64,000 bases of DNA, from the NCBI GenBank assembly GCA_035529455.1, contig DATKWQ010000052.1, forward strand, positions 5,966-69,965. The letters are read 5' to 3'. Below are positions 39,661 through 49,186 of this stretch, piece by piece; the stretch's first letter is position 1; the number at the start of each line of letters is the position of its first letter. A program made the translations under genes and the position numbers. The notes below the pieces were generated by a model. The model did no database searches. It saw only the letters and a program-made list of their open reading frames with translations, and was not told where the DNA came from. This DNA is from Thermoplasmata archaeon. Its GTDB lineage: Archaea; Thermoplasmatota; Thermoplasmata; UBA10834.

Positions 39661-40827
39661 ATGTTTATAGTGGCTGAGAGGATTCACCAGCCGATGCTTT
39701 CGACACTGATGCTTCTCTCTAATCCCTACCGCCCTGACCCTCGCGTATTGAGGGAGGCGCGCGCGCTCATCGGGGCGGACGTGACGGTTCGTCTGGTCGC
39801 GTGGGATAGAGACGGAGGCCGACCATCACCGTCGACTGAGGAGGGTGTTGAGGTCCTCAGAGTCGGCCCCAGAGCCTCCTATCGGTCCGTCTCAGAGGTG
39901 GTACCAGGGCTCCTTCGCTTCTGGTACAGGGCATTCCGCATAGCAAGGAATCTTGATTTCGACGTCGTCCACTGCCACGACTTCGACACGCTTCCGCTTG
40001 GGGTACTCCTTGCAAGGCTACGCAGAAAACCACTGATACTGGATGCGCATGACATCTACTCGCTGATGATCGTGGGAGAGTCCTCGATCGCCGGCAGGAT
40101 GCTGTGGCCTCTCGAGAGGTGTATGGCATCCAAAGCTGACGTACTCATCACCACGAACGAAGCGATGGCTGGGATGCTGTCGGCAAAGAGGACGAAGAGC
40201 TCAGTCATAGTCAGGAACAGCCCCGACCTGTCCGCACTGGCAGGAAGCACCATCGAGGATACTCGGAAACGACACGGTCTGGCGGGTTTCGTTGTCTCGT
40301 ACTTCGGATCGCTCGAACCGGGAAGAGCCGTGGAGGAGCTGGCGACATCGTTCTCGACGGACGATGGGATCAGTGTGATAATCGGAGGAAGCGGAACCCT
40401 GCAATCTGTCGTGGAGAAGGCGAGTGAGAGCAGCTCAGTCGTTCGTTTCTTGGGCAACATCGAGACTGATGAGGTGCTTAAAATCACCTGTGCCAGCGAC
40501 CTTATCCCGGTTATGTACGACCCGTCGAACCCGAAATATCGGATATGCACTCCAATAAAGGTCCTCGAGGCAATGGCTTGTGGAAAGCCAGTCGTCGCGG
40601 CAAAGGGGCTGGACATCTCCGAGATGATAGAGAGAGTCGGCTGTGGCTTCGTAATCGATTACAGTCGGGAGAATCTCGCCCGGACTGTCCGCGAGGCTTC
40701 GAAGTCGAGTGGGGAACTTCAAGAGATGGGGAAGAGAGGGAAGGCGCACTTCGAGAAGAACCTGGCGTGGGAGACTTCGAGGAGCGCACTGCTCGGGGTG
40801 TATAGGGCCCTCGGAGGCCTCACATAG
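39661..40827 (+). CDS. glycosyltransferase, GT4 family
   Basis: GT-B fold with C-terminal E-x7-E (VLEAMACGKPVVA). 388 aa. Confidence 0.85.
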   Translation: MFIVAERIHQPMLSTLMLLSNPYRPDPRVLREARALIGADVTVRLVAWDRDGGRPSPSTEEGVEVLRVGPRASYRSVSEVVPGLLRFWYRAFRIARNLDFDVVHCHDFDTLPLGVLLARLRRKPLILDAHDIYSLMIVGESSIAGRMLWPLERCMASKADVLITTNEAMAGMLSAKRTKSSVIVRNSPDLSALAGSTIEDTRKRHGLAGFVVSYFGSLEPGRAVEELATSFSTDDGISVIIGGSGTLQSVVEKASESSSVVRFLGNIETDEVLKITCASDLIPVMYDPSNPKYRICTPIKVLEAMACGKPVVAAKGLDISEMIERVGCGFVIDYSRENLARTVREASKSSGELQEMGKRGKAHFEKNLAWETSRSALLGVYRALGGLT

Positions 40828-40844
40828 ACCAGCCTGGCGAGAAG

Positions 40845-40855
40845 TATTATATACT
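40845..40855 (+). promoter_or_regulatory. TATA-box-like element (TATTATATACT) upstream of smc
   Basis: AT-rich octamer in an otherwise GC-rich intergenic region. About 120 bp upstream of the SMC start, so a long leader would be required. Confidence 0.3.
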
Positions 40856-40865
40856 GGCAAAACCA

Positions 40866-40894
40866 TTTTTATTGCTGTCCGACATCTGTCGGAC
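40866..40894 (+). terminator. oligo-T tract followed by a perfect 7-bp hairpin (GTCCGAC-atct-GTCGGAC) downstream of the GT4 gene
   Basis: TTTTTATT at 40866-40873 and an inverted repeat at 40877-40894. Archaeal terminators are oligo-T tracts. Confidence 0.3.
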
Positions 40895-40977
40895 TCATTG
40901 GGATGGGATGCAGAGAATCGCGTATGCTGTAAATGCACTCACGCGTCGTTTTCTCGTCCCCGATGGGGTCGGTTGCC

Positions 40978-43900
40978 ATGCACCTAAAGGAAATCGAACT
41001 TGAGAACTTCAAGTCATTTGCACGCAAGATGAAGATACCCCTGCTCGAAGGGTACACCGCCGTGACGGGTCCGAACGGCGCGGGGAAATCCAACATCTCG
41101 GACGCCATTCTGTTCGTGCTCGGGCCCAAGAGCTCCAGGGTCATCAGGGCCGGACGCCTGACAGACCTCATCTTCAACGGTGGCAAGGAGAAGAAGCCCG
41201 CCAAGGAATGCAGGGCAAGCTTGTATTTCGACAACACGGACAGACTGATCCCCATCGACACGAACACCGTGAAGCTCACACGTCTGGTCAAGCTATCTGA
41301 CAACGCCGACGGCTATTACTCATACTACTATGTGAACGACAAGAAGTCCTCCCTGGGAGAATTCGACAACCTCCTCGCCAACGCGAGGATAAGCGCCGAC
41401 GGATACAACTTCGTCCAGCAGGGAGACATCACCAGAATCGTCGAGATGAGCAACCTCGAGAGGAGGAGGATACTCGATGGCATCGCTGGCATCACGAAGT
41501 TCGACGAGGACATCCAGGCGGCCGATAAGGAGCGTGGCGTCGCCGAGCAGAACATGGAGAGGCTGTCGATCATAGTCGACGAGCTCCGGAAGCAGATGAA
41601 GCAGCTCGAGAACGACCGTGAGGGGGCGCTGAAGTACAAAGACTTGCACGACAAACTCACTCTAGCCAAGGCATCTCTGGCCGTGAAGAACCTCGAGGCG
41701 GTGGAACGCGAGATAGCCTCGTACAAGGAACAGAGCACGACCTATACGGAGGAGACATCCAAGGCAGAGCAGAAAAAGGACGAACTCCTGACGGAGCTGG
41801 ACCGCATCACGCAGGAGCTTGCGGACATCGAGAGCGAGATAGCCGAGAGGGGCGGCGATGAGGCCAGGGAGATCAAGGAGAAGATCGACAACCTCAGAAT
41901 AGAGATCGCCCGCGCCAAGGACGCGTGCGCGAACTCCGAGGACATGGTCATGTCCCTCAAGGATGTGCGCAAGGCGCATGTGGAGGACCTCAAGGCAGTC
42001 GACGAAGACCTCGAATCACTGGAGGGGAGACTTGCCCCGCTCAAGGACGAGCACGGGCAGAAGTCGGAAGTCCTTGGGGAGAAGAGGAATGAGTTGGAAG
42101 GGCACCAGGACACCATATCGAAATCCGACACGGAGTTGAACACACTCCAGAAGGAGGTGCTGGAGCTCGGAGTGGACATCAGCAGGAAGGAGGAGAAGGT
42201 TCACGCACTGAAGCTCGAGCGCGACAGGATCGACGACCGCCTGTCCCGTATCAGGATAGACATCTCGAACGCGGAGGAGACCAAGAAGACCTACGAGTTC
42301 GAGCTCAAGGACGCCGAGTGGTCCATCAAGGAACTCGGCAGTGAGACAAAGACCTCAGCGATGGGGCTGAAGAGAACCCAGGAAGAGTACTACTCTGCCA
42401 GGAACCGTGAGAAGAAGCTCATCAAGGACGCCCAGGACCTCGAGAACGCGGTAAAATCCCTCACCCGAGAGTACAACCGATTGAAGGCCGAGGCGGAAGC
42501 GGCCGACATGGTCAAGAAGGGCTTCAGTTCAGCGACGATGTCCCTCCTGGAGGCTCGGGACAAGGGGCAGATCAAGGGCATTCACGGCACGGTGGCCGAG
42601 CTGGCAGACGTCCAAGAGGAATACGAGACGGCGTTGAACGTCGCCGCCGGCAACAGGATGCAGTCCATAGTCGTCGACACGGACCAGGTGGCCGCGGGCT
42701 GTATCGACTTCCTGAAGAAGAACAAGCTCGGAAGAGCCACTTTCCTGCCTCTCAACAAGATGCTCGACGGAAGACCGCGCGGCAAGGCCCTGATGGCATC
42801 CAAGAGCTCACTGGGATTCGCAATAGATCTGATTAGGTTCGATGAGGAGTACAGAGCCGCGTTCTGGTTCGTCTTCGGCGACACGGTCGTCGTGAAGAAC
42901 CTGACGGAAGCCCGTAAGCTCATGGGAGGCGTGAGGCTCGTCACGGTGGATGGCGAGCTAGCCGAGGCGAGCGGCGCAATGGTCGGCGGTACACTGGACT
43001 CAAGGCTCGTCAAGTTCGGCGCGCCCTCCGAGAGCAGGATAGAGAAGAAGGCGGCCGAACTCAGAAGTGCGACGGAGGAATCGGAGAGGGTTCAGACCGA
43101 GCTCTCCGAGCTGAGGATCACTATCTCGGAGCTGGAGAACAAAGTACGAGACTCCACGACCAAGGACAGCGGCGAGAGCGTCAGGAAGAGCTCCCTCGAG
43201 GCGAAGAAGAAGGAGTTCCGGCAGAGGCTCGACTCCTTGGACCGAGAGCTCGAAACGAAGAACAAGGAACTGTCTGAATGCCTCGACCTCATAGAGAAGA
43301 CCGGCCAGGACATACAGAGGCTGGAGGAGGACGTCGAGGGCACTCGCAAGACGAAGGCCAAGAAGGACGAAAAGCTCTTGGAGGCCACTCCAACCGAACT
43401 CTCACAGAGACTGAAGCAGCTCGAGAAGGACATACTTGAGCTCTCAAACGAGACCGCGACACTCAACTCAGACATCCAGACAATTGGCAAACAGATAGAG
43501 CTCGTTGGCGCCAGGAAGAAGGAGATCGAGGACGCGATAGCGAACGTCGACGAGAAGGTGAAGGAGCAGAAGGCCCGTGTAAAGGACAGCGGCGAGAGAC
43601 AGGGGAAGTTCGACACTGAACTGAAGGCGTTGCTCAACATGGAACGATCCATGGGGGACAAGCTCAACTCACTGCGCAACAAGCGTGATTCGCTCTACCA
43701 GGGAAAGATGACGACCGAGACTGCGATAGAGAAGGTCACCACGAAGATACAGACGAACGGCGACTTCGTACTCAGCCTCCAGACGAAGCTGACAGAGGCG
43801 CAGGGCAAGCTGAAGGAGGCCGAGGCAGGCGTCGCGCAGTACTCTTCGGTCGAACTCCCGGAGGCACTTCCATCGGCGGACGAGCTCAGGCGGTCCGTAT

Positions 43901-44589
43901 CCGAGTGCGAGAGGTACATGACCTCGCTGGGCGCGGTCAACCTCAAGGCGATCGACGAATACGAGGAGAGGAAGACCCGCTTCGACGAGATAAGGAGTGA
44001 AGTCAGCCAGCTGACGAAACAGAAATCGAACCTGATGAAGCTCGTCGAAGAGCTCAACACCAAGAAGAAGGTGGGATTCCAGAAAATATTCGGCGCGATA
44101 AGCGAAAATTTCACGAAGATATTCTCGGAGCTGTCCGCTGGAGGAGAGGCGGAGCTGCTGTTGGAGAACGAGGAGGACCCGCTCTCCGGAGGGCTCATAA
44201 TAAAGGCGCGGCCGAAGGACAAGAAGTTCGTGAGGATGGAGGCGCTCTCCGGTGGCGAGAAGAGCCTCACCGCCCTGTCGTTCATATTCGCCATCCAGGC
44301 GTACCAACCCTCTCCGTTCTATCTGCTGGACGAGGTTGACATGTTCCTCGATGGGGTCAACGCGGAGAACGTCTCCAAGGCGGTGAAGAGGAGCTCCAAG
44401 AACGCCCAGTTCATCCAGATATCACTGAGGAAGGTCACACTCAACGAGGCGGACCACTTGATCGGCGTCACTATGCAGAGGGAAGGTGTGACCGACATAG
44501 TGATGAAACCGAACATCGGAGACATTCCAGACGTCCCTCAGGTGGCGACGGACACGAACATGCCCGAGGGAGAGCAGGAGGCTGCTTAG
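40978..44589 (+). CDS. smc: chromosome segregation protein SMC
   Basis: Walker A GPNGAGKSN at the N-terminus, long coiled coils, a hinge, and the C-terminal signature LSGGEKSLTALSF followed by Walker B LLDEVD. ~1200 aa. Confidence 0.95.
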   Translation: MHLKEIELENFKSFARKMKIPLLEGYTAVTGPNGAGKSNISDAILFVLGPKSSRVIRAGRLTDLIFNGGKEKKPAKECRASLYFDNTDRLIPIDTNTVKLTRLVKLSDNADGYYSYYYVNDKKSSLGEFDNLLANARISADGYNFVQQGDITRIVEMSNLERRRILDGIAGITKFDEDIQAADKERGVAEQNMERLSIIVDELRKQMKQLENDREGALKYKDLHDKLTLAKASLAVKNLEAVEREIASYKEQSTTYTEETSKAEQKKDELLTELDRITQELADIESEIAERGGDEAREIKEKIDNLRIEIARAKDACANSEDMVMSLKDVRKAHVEDLKAVDEDLESLEGRLAPLKDEHGQKSEVLGEKRNELEGHQDTISKSDTELNTLQKEVLELGVDISRKEEKVHALKLERDRIDDRLSRIRIDISNAEETKKTYEFELKDAEWSIKELGSETKTSAMGLKRTQEEYYSARNREKKLIKDAQDLENAVKSLTREYNRLKAEAEAADMVKKGFSSATMSLLEARDKGQIKGIHGTVAELADVQEEYETALNVAAGNRMQSIVVDTDQVAAGCIDFLKKNKLGRATFLPLNKMLDGRPRGKALMASKSSLGFAIDLIRFDEEYRAAFWFVFGDTVVVKNLTEARKLMGGVRLVTVDGELAEASGAMVGGTLDSRLVKFGAPSESRIEKKAAELRSATEESERVQTELSELRITISELENKVRDSTTKDSGESVRKSSLEAKKKEFRQRLDSLDRELETKNKELSECLDLIEKTGQDIQRLEEDVEGTRKTKAKKDEKLLEATPTELSQRLKQLEKDILELSNETATLNSDIQTIGKQIELVGARKKEIEDAIANVDEKVKEQKARVKDSGERQGKFDTELKALLNMERSMGDKLNSLRNKRDSLYQGKMTTETAIEKVTTKIQTNGDFVLSLQTKLTEAQGKLKEAEAGVAQYSSVELPEALPSADELRRSVSECERYMTSLGAVNLKAIDEYEERKTRFDEIRSEVSQLTKQKSNLMKLVEELNTKKKVGFQKIFGAISENFTKIFSELSAGGEAELLLENEEDPLSGGLIIKARPKDKKFVRMEALSGGEKSLTALSFIFAIQAYQPSPFYLLDEVDMFLDGVNAENVSKAVKRSSKNAQFIQISLRKVTLNEADHLIGVTMQREGVTDIVMKPNIGDIPDVPQVATDTNMPEGEQEAA

Positions 44590-44590
44590 A

Positions 44591-45517
44591 ATGATGACCA
44601 TGGAAACGGACTTCGGCAACGTGATCAACCATCTCATGTTCCAGAAGGCCATAATCGACGATGACGAGGACCTTCAGAGCAAGATAGGCAGATATGTCAG
44701 CATAGCAGAGGGGATGCAGAGGGGCACCCTGGTGCCATCAGACGACCCCTTCGAGAGATGTGTCGCGCAGGTGTTCGAACTGGTCGTCCAACAGCAGTTC
44801 AACCCGTGGGACATCAACCTGATAGAGTTCTCGAAGACCTACCTCGCCAAGGTACGCAAGGCATCGGAGGTCAACCTGATCGTCGCCGGCAAGATCGTGT
44901 ACATGGCGTGGGAGATCCTCAGGCTGCAGAGCGATGTCGCCGTCGACAGGGCCGACAGGCCGGAGAAATGCGAGCTGATGCTCGAAGGCATGGACCCATC
45001 GGGGTTCGACATGTTCGTCGACCCGTTCGAGCTGGGCGAAGGCGAGGTGCTCATGTACACCGAGGAGATGCCCATCAAGGAACCGATCCGCCGCAAGTCT
45101 GAGCGCTCCGTGACACTCATAGACCTGCTCGACGCGTTCGAGGAGGCGAAGAAGGAGTCCGACATAAGGCAGGAACTCGCCAAGTTCATGCAGAAGTACC
45201 GCCGGCCGGAGTTCGATGACAAGTCTCACAAGGAGTGTCTCGAGGACGACATCGCCGAGGTCTGGGAGAGGATCCAGAAGTTCGGCAACGGGCCGATACC
45301 GATAACGGACCTCAGTAATCTGTGCAAGGAGGACAGGATCACCGTCCTGGTCTCGATGCTCTTTCTGGCCAAGATGGGGAAGATACACATCTGGCAGGAG
45401 AAGCCGCCCTTCGGAGAGATATTCCTTGAAGTCAAGGTCCCGTGGGACATAGCCCAACTCGAGGACGCGGCGACCGTTGAGAACCCGGAGCTGGAGAAGG
45501 TAGCGGTGGTCAAGTGA
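44591..45517 (+). CDS. scpA: segregation and condensation protein A (ScpA kleisin)
   Basis: Immediately follows smc, with a FNPWDINL motif. 308 aa. Confidence 0.85.
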   Translation: MMTMETDFGNVINHLMFQKAIIDDDEDLQSKIGRYVSIAEGMQRGTLVPSDDPFERCVAQVFELVVQQQFNPWDINLIEFSKTYLAKVRKASEVNLIVAGKIVYMAWEILRLQSDVAVDRADRPEKCELMLEGMDPSGFDMFVDPFELGEGEVLMYTEEMPIKEPIRRKSERSVTLIDLLDAFEEAKKESDIRQELAKFMQKYRRPEFDDKSHKECLEDDIAEVWERIQKFGNGPIPITDLSNLCKEDRITVLVSMLFLAKMGKIHIWQEKPPFGEIFLEVKVPWDIAQLEDAATVENPELEKVAVVK

Positions 45518-46032
45518 AGAGCGATAGGATGGTCGAGGCCGTCCTCTTCTCGGCGGGCACGCCTGTGACAGTCACGGACCTCAAGGACGCGTCCGGTCTG
45601 GACGCGAGGACGGTCCGTTCCGCACTGAAGAACCTGATGGACGAGTACAACGACTCGGACAGGGCCATCGAGATAGCCAAGATGGGCCCACGGTATGCCA
45701 TGCAGGTGAAGAAGGATTACGCCTCACCAGCGGCGAAGCTGTCTGCGCTGAAGATCCCAAAGGATCTCCTGAAGACGGCATCTCTGATAGCCTACTATCA
45801 GCCAGTCCTCCAGAGCAAGCTTTCGGACCTACTCGGCAGTAAGGTGTACACACACGTGCGTGCCCTGGAGGAGCTCGGCCTCATCCGACGGAAGCCCAGG
45901 AAGAACAGCGTGGAGCTGACCACGACCAAGAAGTTCATAGAGACTTTCGGCATCGACGCACGTTCGAGGACCGAGGTCAAGGCGTGGATCGAGGGAGAGC
46001 TTTCGAAGAAGAACGACTCGAGACTCAAGTAG
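45514..46032 (+). CDS. scpB: segregation and condensation protein B (ScpB)
   Basis: Tandem winged-helix ScpB (VEAVLFSAG.PV). The GTG start at 45514 overlaps the scpA stop; an ATG at 45529 is an alternative. Confidence 0.85.
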   Translation: MKSDRMVEAVLFSAGTPVTVTDLKDASGLDARTVRSALKNLMDEYNDSDRAIEIAKMGPRYAMQVKKDYASPAAKLSALKIPKDLLKTASLIAYYQPVLQSKLSDLLGSKVYTHVRALEELGLIRRKPRKNSVELTTTKKFIETFGIDARSRTEVKAWIEGELSKKNDSRLK

Positions 46033-46108
46033 GCAGTGGCTCGACTGTGCGAGAGACCAGTGAAGAAAAGCTTTAAGTGAGCACTCAGCATTGACGAGTC
46101 GTGATACA

Positions 46109-46324
46109 ATGGTCATGCCTCTGAGTTTGCTCGAGAAGTCCATGAACAAAAAGGTCTCGTTGCTCCTTAAGGACAGCAGGCTGCTTGAGGGAACCCTTAC
46201 GGGTTTCGATGATTATCTGAACATGGTTCTCGAAGACACGGAGGAGACGAACGGCGACCAGGTCAAGCGGCTTGGGACCGTCATCCTTCGGGGCAACAAC
46301 GTCGTCAGCATATCTCCCAAGTGA
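46109..46324 (+). CDS. archaeal Sm-like protein (SmAP/LSm)
   Basis: Sm1 and Sm2 motifs (VSLLLKDSRLLEGTLTGFDDYLNMVL ... ILRGNNVV). Start trimmed to the ATG at 46109. Confidence 0.8.
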   Translation: MVMPLSLLEKSMNKKVSLLLKDSRLLEGTLTGFDDYLNMVLEDTEETNGDQVKRLGTVILRGNNVVSISPK

Positions 46325-46396
46325 GAGTCGAGGACGCTTTCTGGAGACATACCAGAATCAGATGCTTTTTATGGCACCAGTCGCATCACGCCACCT

Positions 46397-47374
46397 ATGA
46401 AAGCGGTCCTTCTTGTCGGTGGCAAAGGGACGCGCCTCCGGCCGCTCACATACAGGATACCGAAACCCCTCGTCCCCGTCATGGGGAAGCCGCTGATGAT
46501 GCACGTCATCGACTCCCTTCCGGTAGAGGTGGACGAGACTATCATCCCGGTCGGCTACATGAGGGAGGCGATGGAGGGATATCTCAAGGAGCATCCCCCG
46601 TCGAGGAAGATCACCATAGTCGAGGAGAAGCAGCCTATGGGCACAGGAGGCGCCGTCAAGAACGTGGAGGACTACATCGACGGCGACTTCCTAGTCATAA
46701 ACGGCGACAGCATATCGTCTCTCGATATGCGCCGTTTCATCGAATTCCACAGAAGGAAGAAAGCTTTCGCGACCATCTCCCTATGGGAGGTCGAAGACCC
46801 CACCCCGTTCGGTGTTGTCGACATGGATGCGGACGGCAGGATACACCGATTCCAGGAGAAGCCGACCCGTGAGGAGGCGTTCTCCCTTCTCATCAACGCG
46901 GGGGCATACGCCCTCGACTACGAGTCACTTGACTACATTGCCGACGGGTTCGTGTCGATGGAGCGGGAAGTATTCCCGCGGATACTGGACCGAGGCATGT
47001 ATGGCATGAGATTCGATGGATACTGGGTAGACTGTGGCACGAGGGAGAACCTATTGAATGCCTATAGGACTCTGATGAAGGCTGGTGCGCAATGCAGAGA
47101 GAGGCGTGATTGCGAGCGTGCTATAGCCGACACCGCGACTGTCGAAAATGGAGCGGCCGTCGAAGGCGCGTCAATCGGGCCGTACACGTACATATCGAAA
47201 GGCGCCGTGGTTGAACCAGGATCACAGATAACGGGGAGCGTCTTGTTCGAGGATGCAAGAATCGGCCCGAACTGCCGCATCATCGATTCAATAGTAGACC
47301 AGGGCGTGGTTGTCCCAGGCGGCAGCGTAATCGAATCACAGATCCTTGGCGCGATGGAACCAGCGGCGGAGTGA
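46397..47374 (+). CDS. sugar-1-phosphate nucleotidylyltransferase with C-terminal LbH domain (GlmU / mannose-1-P guanylyltransferase-like)
   Basis: LVGGKGTRLRPLT signature at the N-terminus and hexapeptide repeats at the C-terminus. Confidence 0.8.
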   Translation: MKAVLLVGGKGTRLRPLTYRIPKPLVPVMGKPLMMHVIDSLPVEVDETIIPVGYMREAMEGYLKEHPPSRKITIVEEKQPMGTGGAVKNVEDYIDGDFLVINGDSISSLDMRRFIEFHRRKKAFATISLWEVEDPTPFGVVDMDADGRIHRFQEKPTREEAFSLLINAGAYALDYESLDYIADGFVSMEREVFPRILDRGMYGMRFDGYWVDCGTRENLLNAYRTLMKAGAQCRERRDCERAIADTATVENGAAVEGASIGPYTYISKGAVVEPGSQITGSVLFEDARIGPNCRIIDSIVDQGVVVPGGSVIESQILGAMEPAAE

Positions 47375-47393
47375 GTCGAGTCACGACGACCAT

Positions 47394-48419
47394 TCATCCA
47401 AGCCATAGAACGCCGAGGAACAGAAGGCCAGATATCGTCGCCGCCGCGGGGATCGTCACGATCCAGGCGATAATGATCCTCCTTCCCAACCCCCATCTCA
47501 CCGCCGAAAGCCTCTTCGTCGCGCCCACTCCCATTATGGACCCCGAGATTGTGTGTGTAGTGCTCACTGGAATACCGAAGATGGCCGTGAACATAAGCAC
47601 CATCGCACCACCTGTCTCCGCACAGAACCCTTGATAAGGATCGAGCTTGGTTATCCTCGAGGCCATCGTCTTCACTATCCTCCACCCGCCGAAGAAAGTG
47701 CCAATCGCAATGGCGAGGCCGCAAGACAGTCTCACCCAATTGTCGACATGAAACTCACTGGCGTGGCTTCCCCCGGCTGCGATCAGCAGGACGAGGGCGA
47801 TTATCCCCATACCTTTCTGCGCATCGTTCGCCCCGTGCGTGACTGCAAAGAACGCCGATGAGCTCAGCTGGAGGTGCCTGAACCACTTGTTCACTGTTGT
47901 CTTGGCCATCTTCCGAGCGATCCACATGACCAGAACTATCAGGGCGAACGCAGCGGCAAACCCCGTCATAGGCGAGATCACGATGAATGCAATGGTCTTC
48001 AGCGTGCCTGACCACGCGATGGCGTCGGTGAACGCCACCGCACCACCCGCTCCGATGAGGCCGCCGATCAGCGCATGGCTGCTCGAAGTGGGTATGCCGA
48101 ACCACCAGGTGATCAAGTCCCACACTATAGCGCCCACGACAGCGCAGAACACGAGCGTCAGACCGTATTCCCAGACCAGCTCGACGTCGATTATGCCCTT
48201 GCCGATGGTCTTCGCGACCTCTGTCGAGATGAAGATTCCGATGAAGTTGAAAGCAGCAGCCCAGACTACGGCTTTGACCGGCGACAATACCTTCGTGGCC
48301 ACGATTGTTGCAATCGCGTTCGCGGAGTCATGGAATCCGTTGACGAATTCGAACGCCAGGACAAGTCCGATTGTTGCAGCAGCAAGCAAGGACAGGCCAA
48401 ACAGTTCCATCGGGCTCAC
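47394..48419 (-). CDS. inorganic phosphate transporter, PiT family
   Basis: Duplicated PiT motif GFHDSANAIATIV / GANDAQKGMG with ten TM helices. Confidence 0.9.
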   Translation of the reverse strand: MSPMELFGLSLLAAATIGLVLAFEFVNGFHDSANAIATIVATKVLSPVKAVVWAAAFNFIGIFISTEVAKTIGKGIIDVELVWEYGLTLVFCAVVGAIVWDLITWWFGIPTSSSHALIGGLIGAGGAVAFTDAIAWSGTLKTIAFIVISPMTGFAAAFALIVLVMWIARKMAKTTVNKWFRHLQLSSSAFFAVTHGANDAQKGMGIIALVLLIAAGGSHASEFHVDNWVRLSCGLAIAIGTFFGGWRIVKTMASRITKLDPYQGFCAETGGAMVLMFTAIFGIPVSTTHTISGSIMGVGATKRLSAVRWGLGRRIIIAWIVTIPAAATISGLLFLGVLWLG

Positions 48420-49049
48420 CTACGAGTTCTTCGCGAATATGTCCTTTATCACGTCTGCCGCGTCCTCGCACTTGTCCGTCGCCATCTCAAGATGCTCGTA
48501 TATCTCCTTGAGCTTGATTATCTCAAGGACCTCATTCGTCTTGAAAAGGCCTGCGACCGCTTGATGCGTTATGTCGTCGCCGACATTCTCCAGACGGTTT
48601 ATCTCTATGCAGTGCTTGGTGATCTCGTTCTTCTTCTTGAAATTCTTCAAGTCTTTGACAGCGTGATTGACTTCCTTCGCAGAATCGACGAGCACCTCGA
48701 CCAGCCTTATCATGTCCGGGGGAATCCGCTTGATCTCATAGGACCACATCCGATGTGCCGCGGACTCCGTGTAATCCAGAATATCGTCCAGCCTCGACGC
48801 GAGCTTGGACATGTCGTCGTGGTCTATCGGCGTCACAAATGTCCTATTGAGAGCCTCGGAGAGCTCATGGACGATATTGTCACCCTTGTGCTCGATCTCC
48901 TTGATCACATCCCGCTTTCTGGCGACGTCGTCGAAGTTCTTCACTAGGTCCAGAAGCATCTCTGCCCCTTCCAACACGATGTCCGCCTGCTGATCGAGCA
49001 TGCTGAAGAAATGCTTCTCCTGAGGAATAATCCATTCCTTGAAGCCCAT
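48420..49049 (-). CDS. DUF47/TIGR00153-family PhoU-like protein associated with PiT transporters
   Basis: Helical PhoU-like repeats. Located directly upstream of the PiT gene and adjacent to it. Confidence 0.75.
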   Translation of the reverse strand: MGFKEWIIPQEKHFFSMLDQQADIVLEGAEMLLDLVKNFDDVARKRDVIKEIEHKGDNIVHELSEALNRTFVTPIDHDDMSKLASRLDDILDYTESAAHRMWSYEIKRIPPDMIRLVEVLVDSAKEVNHAVKDLKNFKKKNEITKHCIEINRLENVGDDITHQAVAGLFKTNEVLEIIKLKEIYEHLEMATDKCEDAADVIKDIFAKNS

Positions 49050-49186
49050 TTGGTCTCCATCCCCCTTCGTCTGACCGGCGAACGTTTCACTGTCTATTAA
49101 CCCTTGCGGAGATGCGCCATATATAGCTATACGACCAAGGCGGAATCGCTACTACCAGCCAATAGAGCGCAAGGCTTTATTGCCCA

